27,286 nucleotides of DNA, from positions 1-27,286 of the forward strand of contig DYMK01000020.1 of assembly GCA_020721585.1 (NCBI GenBank), in the 5' to 3' direction. The notes beneath the pieces are model-generated. The model ran no database searches, was not told where the DNA came from, and saw only the letters and a list, made by a program, of their open reading frames with translations. Numbering within the stretch: position 1 is the first letter of the stretch; each line of letters starts with the position of its first letter. Below, piece by piece: positions 8,964-17,007 of the stretch. Position numbers and translations under genes: made by a program. The stretch comes from Sulfuricurvum sp. (lineage in GTDB: Bacteria; Campylobacterota; Campylobacteria; Campylobacterales; Sulfurimonadaceae).

Positions 8964-10998
8964 CCATTTAGAGGCGTTGGCGCACGCGTATGCGCAGCAA
9001 GGGCGGCATGAAGAGGCAGACCAAATTTATCGCTATCTCAAAACCGCCAAAAGTACCTCGTTTGTCGCCCCAAAACCCCGTGTGGAGCAATTCTCCCCGA
9101 AGGTCTCAATCAAAAAAACGTTCAAACCCAACGCAGTTAAACGCACCCCCCAACCCAAAAAAGTTGCCCTCAAGCCCATCGTCGTTCCTCCCGTAGCTAC
9201 ACCCGTAGAACCCAAACTTCCCTCCATCGGGGAAAAGATTGCCCAAGGGTACACGTTGTTAGCCTCCAACCGTTTTGGGGAGACCCATACGTTGCTTAAT
9301 GGCTTCAAAGGTCACCCTGTAAGTAGTGAGGAGACCCAAGAACTTCGTAAACTTTATACGCTTTATTACCACAAACAAAGTGCCGCATATTTGGAGGCAA
9401 AAGCGTTTGATCGTGCCCAAAAATCGGCGCAAAGTGGATTGCTGATGGATCCTCAGGATAACGATTTGACCGAAGCGTTGGGATGGTCACTCTTAAATCA
9501 GCAACATCCTAAAGAGGCATTGGGGTGTTTTGAGACGATTTTTACGCGCGCCCCAAGCTCCAAAATCGCGTACGCCGCAGCTCTTTGCGCCCACAATGCC
9601 CATGAACCCAAAAAAGCACGTGCGTATTTGGAAAACGCCTCGCTCACCCCCGATACGGCGTTATTGGAAAAAATTGCCGCATTGTATGCCATGATGGGAT
9701 ATAACCAAAAAAGTTTGGAGATCATCACCCATCTTCAAACCCCCTCCACCGTTCCACCCTTACCCCCAGTGACCACCCCTCAGACCGATCTAAATGGGGT
9801 CTATAACCCTTTTTTGTCGGTAACACAGGAGACTAAACCCATCACGCCTGTGTTATCTTCTGAGATGGTGCAGTTACGCCAAAAAATTCTCTCCCCAACC
9901 CAAACCTCGTTTGCGGGGGGGATGTTTGTCGAATCCCGTACGGGGATGGCGGGGGTCGATCAGCTTCGTAAAACACTCACTCCATTGCAAATGACCTATT
10001 TTCCCTCATTGTCGACCCACGTGTATGGGGGGGTGAATGCCCTGAATGTGCAAACGGGGGGACTGGAGAGTCATAACTACTCCCAATTAGGGTATGGGAG
10101 GGGGGGACATCACGCTATCGATAACCTCCACGCCGTTGAACCGTTTGTGGGATTTGGGTACACCGATGAGGAGATGGAGTTTTCGGGACGGTTAAGCTCC
10201 ACCCCGCTTAATACTCAGATCACCCAAAGCACCCCTGTAGGGTATCTCCAAGGAAAATGGAAAGCCTCTCCATGGAACCTCTCCCTCAAAGTACTCCAAG
10301 AGTCGATCACCGAAACGATGGTATCGTATGTGGGGCAACGCGATCCCACTACGGGAGCAGTATGGGGTCAAGTGACCCGCAGAGGGTTAGAGGGATCCAT
10401 CGAACACCAAGGAGCATGGACAACGTCGCTGACCTTGGGCTACTACCCCACGATTGAGGGGATGAATACCCTCTCCAATGGGGAAAAAAAAGGGTCATTG
10501 TTGGTGGGAAAACGGCTTAAAACCGACACGATGGAGGGGATGATAGGGCCGTTAATGGTCTATGATAGCTATGACCACTCCACCAACCATTTTACCTACG
10601 GTCACGGGGGGTATTTTAGCCCTACTTCGTTTATGTTGGGGGCAATGTACGGGGATGTAAATCAAAAAGTAACGCCCGACCTGTGGCTTCGACTCAAAGG
10701 GAGTGTGGGGTATATGTCGTTTAAAGAGGGGAATTCGCCAATGTTCCCTCTTGATCCCACCAACACCCAAACGTATGGGGCGTCTAACACCCGTGGAGTG
10801 TCGATGAATCTCAAAGGGTATGGAGACTATCGCCTTAACGATCACTTCCACCTTATCGGGATGGCGGGATACTCGTTTGCCCCCAATTACACCTCAAGCT
10901 TCGGGGGGCTTTCGTTGATCTATTATTTTGATACTCCTGCCAAATTTCACCCCGATGAACTCCAACGAGTGGCGTATGGGATGGATAAAATGTACTAA
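8875..10998 (+). CDS. bcsC: BcsC-like cellulose export protein: short TPR-like region, Pro-rich linker, C-terminal outer-membrane beta-barrel
   Basis: 707 aa. Signal peptide MTPTSPILATLLLSLLFSPLLA; TPR-like helices in the N-terminal half; Pro-rich linker (PPLPPVTTPQ). The C-terminal roughly 350 aa is Gly/Tyr/Thr-rich with alternating hydrophobics, typical of a BcsC C-terminal barrel. AAAGGA RBS 7 nt before the ATG. Overlaps the bcsZ 3' end by 89 nt. Confidence 0.6.
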   Translation: MTPTSPILATLLLSLLFSPLLATTIPPSTNHLEALAHAYAQQGRHEEADQIYRYLKTAKSTSFVAPKPRVEQFSPKVSIKKTFKPNAVKRTPQPKKVALKPIVVPPVATPVEPKLPSIGEKIAQGYTLLASNRFGETHTLLNGFKGHPVSSEETQELRKLYTLYYHKQSAAYLEAKAFDRAQKSAQSGLLMDPQDNDLTEALGWSLLNQQHPKEALGCFETIFTRAPSSKIAYAAALCAHNAHEPKKARAYLENASLTPDTALLEKIAALYAMMGYNQKSLEIITHLQTPSTVPPLPPVTTPQTDLNGVYNPFLSVTQETKPITPVLSSEMVQLRQKILSPTQTSFAGGMFVESRTGMAGVDQLRKTLTPLQMTYFPSLSTHVYGGVNALNVQTGGLESHNYSQLGYGRGGHHAIDNLHAVEPFVGFGYTDEEMEFSGRLSSTPLNTQITQSTPVGYLQGKWKASPWNLSLKVLQESITETMVSYVGQRDPTTGAVWGQVTRRGLEGSIEHQGAWTTSLTLGYYPTIEGMNTLSNGEKKGSLLVGKRLKTDTMEGMIGPLMVYDSYDHSTNHFTYGHGGYFSPTSFMLGAMYGDVNQKVTPDLWLRLKGSVGYMSFKEGNSPMFPLDPTNTQTYGASNTRGVSMNLKGYGDYRLNDHFHLIGMAGYSFAPNYTSSFGGLSLIYYFDTPAKFHPDELQRVAYGMDKMY

Positions 10999-11032
10999 TA
11001 ATAGTCTATGGTAATACCCACTTGGAGGAGAA

Positions 11033-11296
11033 TTACTTTTCATAGTGATATTTACAAGCAGCAATCACAATTGCTGTTTCGGTGACCTTATATACGATTC
11101 TATGCTCGTCGGTGATGCGTCTCGACCAGTAGCCAGAAAAATCGTGTTTTAAGGGTTCAGGTTTACCAATACCGACAAAAGGACTTCGATCAATCTCTTT
11201 AATCAGCGTAATAATTTTTTGGTAAATTTTTTTATCGTCCACTGCCCATTCATTGAAATCATTAAAAGCACGCCCCTCAAAAATGACCTGTTTCAT
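11033..11296 (-). CDS. yoeB: Type II toxin YoeB/Txe family (mRNA interferase)
   Basis: 87 aa with the conserved YoeB C-terminus ..GKPEPLKHDFSGYWSRRITDEHRIVYKVTETAIVIAACKYHY. ATGA overlap with the upstream antitoxin ORF. Confidence 0.85.
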   Translation of the reverse strand: MKQVIFEGRAFNDFNEWAVDDKKIYQKIITLIKEIDRSPFVGIGKPEPLKHDFSGYWSRRITDEHRIVYKVTETAIVIAACKYHYEK

Positions 11297-11517
11297 GTAA
11301 AAAGCTTTGCATCCACGGTGACTAAATTTTGGTTATTGTGTATATTAGCGATTGACTCTAGGAGGAGCTTTTTATTCACGGTTGAACGGGAAAGATACTC
11401 CGTGTCATCCATCTCGGTGATAAACAACTCTATGCGCTTATTTTGGAACATCTCTCTGAGCTTATCAATAAACGCATAGTTCAACTCGCTACTATCAAGA
11501 ACAAAACTGGCATTCAT
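11293..11517 (-). CDS. Antitoxin partner of YoeB (Phd/YefM-like C-terminus, divergent N-terminus)
   Basis: 74 aa. The C-terminal segment TEYLSRSTVNKKLLLESIANI resembles the YefM E(T)xYLLxSPxNxxxLxxSI motif. 4-nt overlap with yoeB. AAGGAT RBS 7 nt upstream of the ATG at 11517. Confidence 0.65.
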   Translation of the reverse strand: MNASFVLDSSELNYAFIDKLREMFQNKRIELFITEMDDTEYLSRSTVNKKLLLESIANIHNNQNLVTVDAKLFT

Positions 11518-11605
11518 TTTAAAATCCTTATGATGAGGTAAACCATTCTAGCATAAAAAGAAGGGGAAAAATAGACCCTCAAAGGGGTTTTAAGGGTAAG
11601 TTCGA

Positions 11606-11914
11606 TTAGAAAAAAAGCCAAATGAGCAAAACAATCCCAAAGCCAAGATTCACCCAGCTGACACTCCCAAAAAGGTAAATCAGTGATTCTCCCCCAAAAT
11701 GATTAATCCACACAGGGCTTGGAATCAGATGTGCATTGGCATAAGCGCACACCGCTTTTCCCCATACCAGCGCGATTATCTCAGGGGCGATAACCAAAAA
11801 AAGAATCCCTAAAAAGCTCCAAATCGAGCGTTTGGGTTTAAGGGAGGCAAGGGCAAGTTGGGTTTGGGGATGGTTGATAATCGCTTTGGCTTTGGTTTGA
11901 AGGCGTTGTTTCAT
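11606..11914 (-). CDS. Small membrane protein (2-3 predicted TM helices), hypothetical
   Basis: 102 aa ORF upstream of the yefM-yoeB pair on the same strand. Hydrophobic stretches are SIWSFLGILFLVIAPEIIALVW and LGFGIVLLIWLFF. Confidence 0.45.
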   Translation of the reverse strand: MKQRLQTKAKAIINHPQTQLALASLKPKRSIWSFLGILFLVIAPEIIALVWGKAVCAYANAHLIPSPVWINHFGGESLIYLFGSVSWVNLGFGIVLLIWLFF

Positions 11915-12018
11915 GCAAGTCTCCTTAAATCGTATGCCATTGTACAGGTTTTTTACACGAACGTTACGGAGTTAGAGTATACTTCTTCCCAAAAAAGATC
12001 ACAGTTAAGGAGTTAACG

Positions 12019-12846
12019 ATGGGTACATTACGAACGTTGGGATTTATGTTTTTGGTACTTGGTGCATTGGCGTGGGGAGAAACGCTTCCCAGTGTCCATC
12101 AAATTTATCAGACGGTACAAGCAGGCGAACTGGATAAAGCGCATAGCATGATCGAACAAGTGCTAAAAGCCCATCCCAACAGCGCTAAAGCGCACTTTGT
12201 GGATGCCGAAATTCTGGCACGTCAAGGGGATATGACTGCGGCGAAAGCGGAACTTGCCACCGCGGAAAAACTTGATCCTGCCTTGTCGTTTGCCAAACCC
12301 AAAACGGTCGCGGAACTCAAAGCACATCTTTCTGGCAGTGAGAAAACGGGTTCCTCTGACCAACAAGTAGGAAGTGGGTCGGAAGAAGAAAAACCCTTTC
12401 CATGGATGATGCTGTTAATCGTTGTAGGTGCGGTAGCGGTAATCGTGATGCTCTTTAAATCCCGTTCCCGTGCCAATAATCAAGCAGGGTATCCCCCACG
12501 ACAACAACCGTATCCCAATGATAATAACCCCTACAACAATGGTTCTAACATGGGGGGCAATGGATTTGGTCAAGGGGGTGGTTTGGGTAGCACCATCATG
12601 GGAGGCTTAGCCGGCGGTGTGGCAGCAGGTGCGGGTATGGTTGCGGGTCAGGCATTGATGAATCATTTTATGGATGACGAAAAACCCGCAGAATCTTCCA
12701 ACGCTGAGAGCAACAATACGTCATACACCCCTGAACCTGAGACCTCTTCGTGGAGTGATGATAGCGATTTTGGGATCAGTGATGGGGATTCATGGGGCGA
12801 TAGTGGCGGTGACTCGGGTGGCGATTCAGGTGGCGATTCGTGGTAA
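12019..12846 (+). CDS. Signal-anchored TPR-like protein with Gly/Asn-rich disordered region and C-terminal (GDSG)n tail
   Basis: AAGGAG RBS 6 nt before the ATG. Signal peptide, a helical TPR-like segment (AKAHFVDAEILARQGDMTAAKAELATAEKLDP), a TM helix (WMMLLIVVGAVAVIVMLF), a low-complexity G/N/P/Q stretch, and an acidic tail ending SWGDSGGDSGGDSGGDSW. Confidence 0.6.
   Translation: MGTLRTLGFMFLVLGALAWGETLPSVHQIYQTVQAGELDKAHSMIEQVLKAHPNSAKAHFVDAEILARQGDMTAAKAELATAEKLDPALSFAKPKTVAELKAHLSGSEKTGSSDQQVGSGSEEEKPFPWMMLLIVVGAVAVIVMLFKSRSRANNQAGYPPRQQPYPNDNNPYNNGSNMGGNGFGQGGGLGSTIMGGLAGGVAAGAGMVAGQALMNHFMDDEKPAESSNAESNNTSYTPEPETSSWSDDSDFGISDGDSWGDSGGDSGGDSGGDSW
12796..12843 (+). repeat. Imperfect in-frame 12-nt tandem repeat (4 units) encoding (GDSG)4 at the 3' end of the TPR-protein gene
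   Basis: Units ggcgatagtggc / ggtgactcgggt / ggcgattcaggt / ggcgattcgtgg, read directly from the sequence. Confidence 0.5.
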
Positions 12847-12930
12847 AAGCTTAAACTTTTACCCCGTCTTTTACCTTTGAGCTACCTCTTAAAACCCTTT
12901 GGTTACAATCCCCCTTTTTAAGGAGCGTGT

Positions 12931-14532
12931 ATGGCAAAAGTAGTGATTATCGGCAGTGGTGGTGCAGGTTTAGTAAGCGCACTATCGGCTAAGGAATCAG
13001 GTGCAGAGGTGATCGTCGTCTCCAAAACCCTCCCTACCCGTTCGCAAACCTCCATGGCACAAGGGGGGATCAATGCCGCTTTGCACCACGATGACAGTAC
13101 CGATCATCACATTGCCGATACGTTGCGCTCTTCAGCGGGGCTAGGAGAAGAGTCTCGCATTGCCCTCTTGTGCGAAAAAGCCCCCGAAGCAATTCAATGG
13201 TGCAACGCGATGGGATTGCCCTTTAGTCGGGATGACAAGGGGAATATTGCCCAACGACGACTGGGCGGTGCCAACGTTGCACGTGCCTGCTACGCCCAAG
13301 ATTACACAGGATTAAAACTGCTCCACACCCTCTATGACCAATGCCTTAAAGCGGGCATTACCTTCAAAAGCGACCATTTTTTGCTCAATCTCATCGTGGA
13401 TGAGGAGCTTAACCGCGTTTTGGGTGCCACCTTCTTGCACATTCAGACAGGCGAAGTAGAAGCAATCACCGCCGATGCGGTCATTCTGGCAACGGGAGGA
13501 TATGGGGCAGTCTATGGGAAACACTCCACCAATTCGGTTCAAGCTACGGGGGATGGGATTGCCGCAGCGGTGCGTGCGGGGGCGAGATTGGCGGATATGG
13601 AGTTTGTCCAATTCCACCCCACCGCACTCAAAAACTCCTCAATCCTCATCTCAGAGAGTGCGCGCGGCGCAGGGGGGTATTTACTCAATGCCCACCATGA
13701 ACGCTTTACCGATGAGTTGGCTCCCCGTGACATCGTTGCCCGTGCAATCCATAATGAAATGACCCAAAGCGGTGCGGTCTATCTCGACATTCGCCATTTA
13801 GGGGAAAAATTTATCACGCATGAACTCCCCCAAGAGCGAAAATTGGCTCAATTGTATGAGGGGGTGGACCCCTTGCATGAACTCATCCCCATTAAACCCT
13901 CTGCCCACTACAGTATGGGAGGCATTGAGGTGGATGCGCAGTGCATGAGCCATGTCAAAGGGTTGTTTGCCGTGGGAGAGTGTGCCAACCATAAAACCCA
14001 TGGAGCCAATCGGTTGGGGGGGAATTCCCTGCTGGAATTGGTGGTTTTTGGGCGTGAGTGCGGTCATCATGCTCACGACTACGCCACCAAACATCCCGCC
14101 CCTGTGGTGGAAAACAATCAACTCCTTAAAGATACCAATTTTGTCCGTGGGGTGATGTATTTCACCAACCAAATCGATTTTTACCAAAAACAAGAGATGC
14201 TAGCCAATATTTTTTATAACAATGTCGGGGTAATCCGCGAAGACATGGGACTCAAAGCGGTCTTAGGGGCAATTCGTCAAATGCAAAAAGAGTTGCCCTT
14301 TATGGGACCGCGCGATAAGTCCAAGCAGTGCAATACCAATTTGGTCGAATTTATCGAATTTGGGAACAAAATCGAATTAGCCGAAATGATCGTCGTGTGT
14401 GCCATCAGTCGCGTGGAGAGTCGCGGAGCGCACTATCGCATCGATGCTCCGAATCGCAATGATCGGATGTTTGGGGCACACACCATTACGTGGAAAGAGG
14501 GGGGAGTATTATGTGCCGATTTTATCAAATAA
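12931..14532 (+). CDS. Succinate dehydrogenase/fumarate reductase-family flavoprotein subunit (compact, SdhA/FrdA/NadB-like), predicted non-covalent FAD
   Basis: 533 aa. N-terminal FAD-binding fold VVIIGSGGAGLVSAL. SdhA-like blocks SMAQGGINAAL, GLPFSRDDKGNIAQRRLGG, LLHTLYDQ, GGYLLNAHHERF, ELAPRDIVARAI and HGANRLGGNSLLELVVFG. The position of the covalent-FAD His (RSHTVAAQGG in SdhA) reads RSQTSMAQGG, i.e. Gln. No Tat signal. AAGGAG RBS. Confidence 0.8.
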   Translation: MAKVVIIGSGGAGLVSALSAKESGAEVIVVSKTLPTRSQTSMAQGGINAALHHDDSTDHHIADTLRSSAGLGEESRIALLCEKAPEAIQWCNAMGLPFSRDDKGNIAQRRLGGANVARACYAQDYTGLKLLHTLYDQCLKAGITFKSDHFLLNLIVDEELNRVLGATFLHIQTGEVEAITADAVILATGGYGAVYGKHSTNSVQATGDGIAAAVRAGARLADMEFVQFHPTALKNSSILISESARGAGGYLLNAHHERFTDELAPRDIVARAIHNEMTQSGAVYLDIRHLGEKFITHELPQERKLAQLYEGVDPLHELIPIKPSAHYSMGGIEVDAQCMSHVKGLFAVGECANHKTHGANRLGGNSLLELVVFGRECGHHAHDYATKHPAPVVENNQLLKDTNFVRGVMYFTNQIDFYQKQEMLANIFYNNVGVIREDMGLKAVLGAIRQMQKELPFMGPRDKSKQCNTNLVEFIEFGNKIELAEMIVVCAISRVESRGAHYRIDAPNRNDRMFGAHTITWKEGGVLCADFIK

Positions 14533-14640
14533 GCCTGAGCGGTGATGACCAATCGTGGGAAGACGAAGAAGATTACGAGGGGTGTTGTGAAGACCCGTAT
14601 GAGGATGAGGACGATGAAAAAGAGTGGTGTGACTAGTCAA

Positions 14641-14668
14641 ATACTTTTCTGTTTAACCAGAAAAGTAT
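14641..14668 (+). other. Perfect 11-bp inverted repeat (stem-loop) in the flavoprotein / Fe-S intergenic region
   Basis: atacttttctg - tttaac - cagaaaagtat. The stem is 11/11 bp with a 6-nt loop. Chance expectation in 27 kb is well below 1. Confidence 0.45.
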
Positions 14669-14771
14669 CAAAAGAGCATACCGTGATCCAAAAACGCTTC
14701 GTTCCTCTTGGCACTCCTGCCATCGGAATGGCTTTTGGTAGTGGATTACGGGAATTTATTGGAGAATAACT

Positions 14772-15470
14772 ATGGATATTTCGATCAAACGTTCTCATAG
14801 TGGTGAACATCAAACCTATTCCGTCCCGATGGAAAACGTCACCCTCTTGAGTATGCTCAATCATATTAAAGCCAAAATCGATCCCACCCTCACCTATTCC
14901 CATGGATGTCGCAGTGGGGTATGCGGCAGTTGTGCCGTACGGGTCAATGGTCGTGAACAGCTTTTATGTGCCTATAAGCCTACGGAGGGGGATGTGGTCG
15001 AACCGCTTCGTAGCGGTCGTGTGATTCGGGATTTGGTGGTCGATGCGTCTGCCATCGATCGATTAAACCTCAGCGCACACACATGGAGCGACTCCTCATT
15101 AGAAGTAAAGGTTAGCCCCGCCGATGCAGAGGGGATTGAGACCCAAAGTGACTGTATCTTGTGTACCTCGTGCCTCAGTGCCTGCCCCGTTTTCGCCATC
15201 AATCCCGATTTTATGGGACCTTTTGCCCTCACACGGGTGTGGCGATACGTCAATGATGTGCGTGAAAACGATAGCGGTACCAAGATTGCCACCATCCAAA
15301 CCAACGGTATTTGGGATTGCACCTTGTGCGGTGAGTGTGTCCCTGTCTGTCCTGCTGGGATTGCCCCCGCTCAAGACATCCGAATGCTCCGTTCCAAAAG
15401 TGGGATGATGGGCTACATGGATCCCAGTATGAGCTTTGGGGGGGTGGATTTTGGCACACCGATGTTTTAG
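14772..15470 (+). CDS. Succinate dehydrogenase/fumarate reductase-type iron-sulfur subunit (SdhB/FrdB-like)
   Basis: 232 aa. [2Fe-2S] motif CRSGVCGSC..(x11)..C. Two complete CxxCxxCxxxCP motifs (CILCTSCLSACP and CTLCGECVPVCP). GGAGAA RBS 6 nt upstream. Confidence 0.8.
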   Translation: MDISIKRSHSGEHQTYSVPMENVTLLSMLNHIKAKIDPTLTYSHGCRSGVCGSCAVRVNGREQLLCAYKPTEGDVVEPLRSGRVIRDLVVDASAIDRLNLSAHTWSDSSLEVKVSPADAEGIETQSDCILCTSCLSACPVFAINPDFMGPFALTRVWRYVNDVRENDSGTKIATIQTNGIWDCTLCGECVPVCPAGIAPAQDIRMLRSKSGMMGYMDPSMSFGGVDFGTPMF

Positions 15471-16090
15471 CGTAGCAGGGTTTGAAATTTTACCGATAGC
15501 TCAGGGGTAAAATTAATTTTTTCGGCATTGATAAGGTCATTTTTAGGGAGAGCAAAATTTCCCGTTGCCGATTCTACCATTAAGGTCTCCGTTTGATCTC
15601 TAAAGGGTTTTATGTCTTTGACCCCATACATCTTTAACGCACCGATTTTGAGTTGAGGGGCTTTTTTGTATTGGACAGCGGGATCGATGGGGGCGCGTTG
15701 TACGGGTTGAGGGGTAGGCGTTGATACTCTGACTCGACTCTGACCCGACTCTTGATCATCAATTGACTGTACAATATCGCAATACTCTTTTTTGTAATAG
15801 ACGGGGATGTTTTTTTGAATTTGCGCACACGCAACCCCGTACGTCCGCTTTTTGTGTTTTAAATACTCCGCATTGGCTTGCGCTTCCTCTTCTGCGGAAC
15901 TAAAATTACTTCGATCAAGCTTTTCGCCCAGTGTCTTACAATATGTGCGATAACCATAACTATAACCATAACCATTTACATTGGAATAAGCACCTTTGTA
16001 ATCAGAATATAACGCATCGCAACTGTAGTCGTAATCATATCGAGCATACACCGACGAGACGACCATCGCTAACAAAACCATTTTTTTCAT
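15467..16090 (-). CDS. Secreted Tyr/Gly-rich hypothetical protein
   Basis: The ORF track starts at a TTG at 16120. The ATG at 16090 (MKKMVLLAMVVSSVYA signal peptide) has a GGGAGA RBS and is preferred. Tyr-rich N-terminal segment (YDYDYSCDALYSDYKGAYSNVNGYGYSYGYRTY), Pro/Gln-rich linker, 4 Cys. Confidence 0.5.
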   Translation of the reverse strand: MKKMVLLAMVVSSVYARYDYDYSCDALYSDYKGAYSNVNGYGYSYGYRTYCKTLGEKLDRSNFSSAEEEAQANAEYLKHKKRTYGVACAQIQKNIPVYYKKEYCDIVQSIDDQESGQSRVRVSTPTPQPVQRAPIDPAVQYKKAPQLKIGALKMYGVKDIKPFRDQTETLMVESATGNFALPKNDLINAEKINFTPELSVKFQTLLR

Positions 16091-16204
16091 TCTTTTTCTC
16101 CCTAAGGTAATAATCATCAATTGTAGCCAATTATCGTCCCTTTAGGTGTCAAAATAACCAAGTTTTTGTTATGATGACCGTTTTTAAACACTACTAGTTA
16201 AGGG

Positions 16205-16972
16205 ATGACAACCATGGACATGGGGCTAAAATTCATCATCATTGCGATTATGGGGACCGTCGTTTACCGTGAAATCCTCAAATCCGCTGCTTCCCCCCAC
16301 GCCTCTCCCCCCAAAGAAAAAGCATCCTTTTTAACCCTTGTGACCATAGGGGGTGCAGTGGGGCTTTTGGTCACCTTTGGGATGTCGATAACCCGCATTG
16401 AGACCCGTGATCTTCGCCCTCTTCACCCTTCCCGCATCGTCAGCATTTACGACAAAGGGGTGATTCATCTCAATGGGATGGTCATCCAAACCCATCTTGC
16501 ACCCCAAGGGGAACTGGCTTCCTTGGCGATCCGCCTGACCCAAGGGTGCCAAGGCGATGATGGATGCCAAGCCCAAAAATTGTTTGATTACGTCACCCAT
16601 ATCCCCTACAAAACCGATTATACCAGTCGCAGTCCCAAGGAGGTCATTGCCACGAATTGGGGAGATTGCGATGATAAAACCAACCTTTTTGCTTCCTTGC
16701 TCACCGAAGTGGGAGTGGAGTATCGGCTGGTCTATGTCCCTCATCATGTTTTTGTGGTGGTTCATGTGGATAATACCCACGATTTGCCGTTTTTACGTGC
16801 CAAAGTGCGTATTGAGGGGAGAGACTACTATTATGCCGAAACGACCGCAACGGGGGCAAAAATCGGTGATTTTAATGGGCAATTTCCTTACCATTTTGAG
16901 GGGATGTATGACCTCAAAAACCATAAAGCGATCGATCTAAAAGGGGTCTCTTTTGGGGAGTTTGGCGTATAA
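16205..16972 (+). CDS. Transglutaminase-like (Cys-His-Asp papain-fold) domain membrane protein
   Basis: Two N-terminal TM helices, then a TGase-like core NWGDCDDKTNLFASLLTEVGVEYRLVYVPHHVFVVVHVDNTHD...YYYAETT with candidate C/H/D residues. Start is ambiguous: ATG at 16205, 16214 or 16220, and the AAGGG RBS favours 16214. Confidence 0.5.
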   Translation: MTTMDMGLKFIIIAIMGTVVYREILKSAASPHASPPKEKASFLTLVTIGGAVGLLVTFGMSITRIETRDLRPLHPSRIVSIYDKGVIHLNGMVIQTHLAPQGELASLAIRLTQGCQGDDGCQAQKLFDYVTHIPYKTDYTSRSPKEVIATNWGDCDDKTNLFASLLTEVGVEYRLVYVPHHVFVVVHVDNTHDLPFLRAKVRIEGRDYYYAETTATGAKIGDFNGQFPYHFEGMYDLKNHKAIDLKGVSFGEFGV

Positions 16973-16977
16973 ATATC

Positions 16978-17007
16978 TTGAAAAAATCCATTATAGCACG
17001 GTATAAT
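16978..17007 (+). promoter_or_regulatory. Near-consensus sigma70-type promoter (-35 TTGAAA, 18-nt spacer, -10 TATAAT) driving the HigB-like toxin operon
   Basis: TTGAAA at 16978-16983 and TATAAT at 17002-17007, read directly. The track's TTG 'start' at 16978 is actually the -35 hexamer. Confidence 0.45.

Noticed and set aside
11059-11080. 7-bp stem hairpin plus TTT (cagcaat-caca-attgctg-ttt) that could terminate bcsC read-through
   Set aside because: It lies inside the conserved C-terminal coding region of yoeB on the opposite strand and is short, so it is probably coincidental.
14542-14769. 75-aa Lys/Arg-rich ORF (MMTNRGKTKK...) in the flavoprotein/Fe-S gap
   Set aside because: It is the frame-shifted reading of the purine-rich tract. 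There is no convincing RBS and the basic low-complexity composition is typical of spurious ORFs. The acidic frame plus hairpin is reported as a finding instead.
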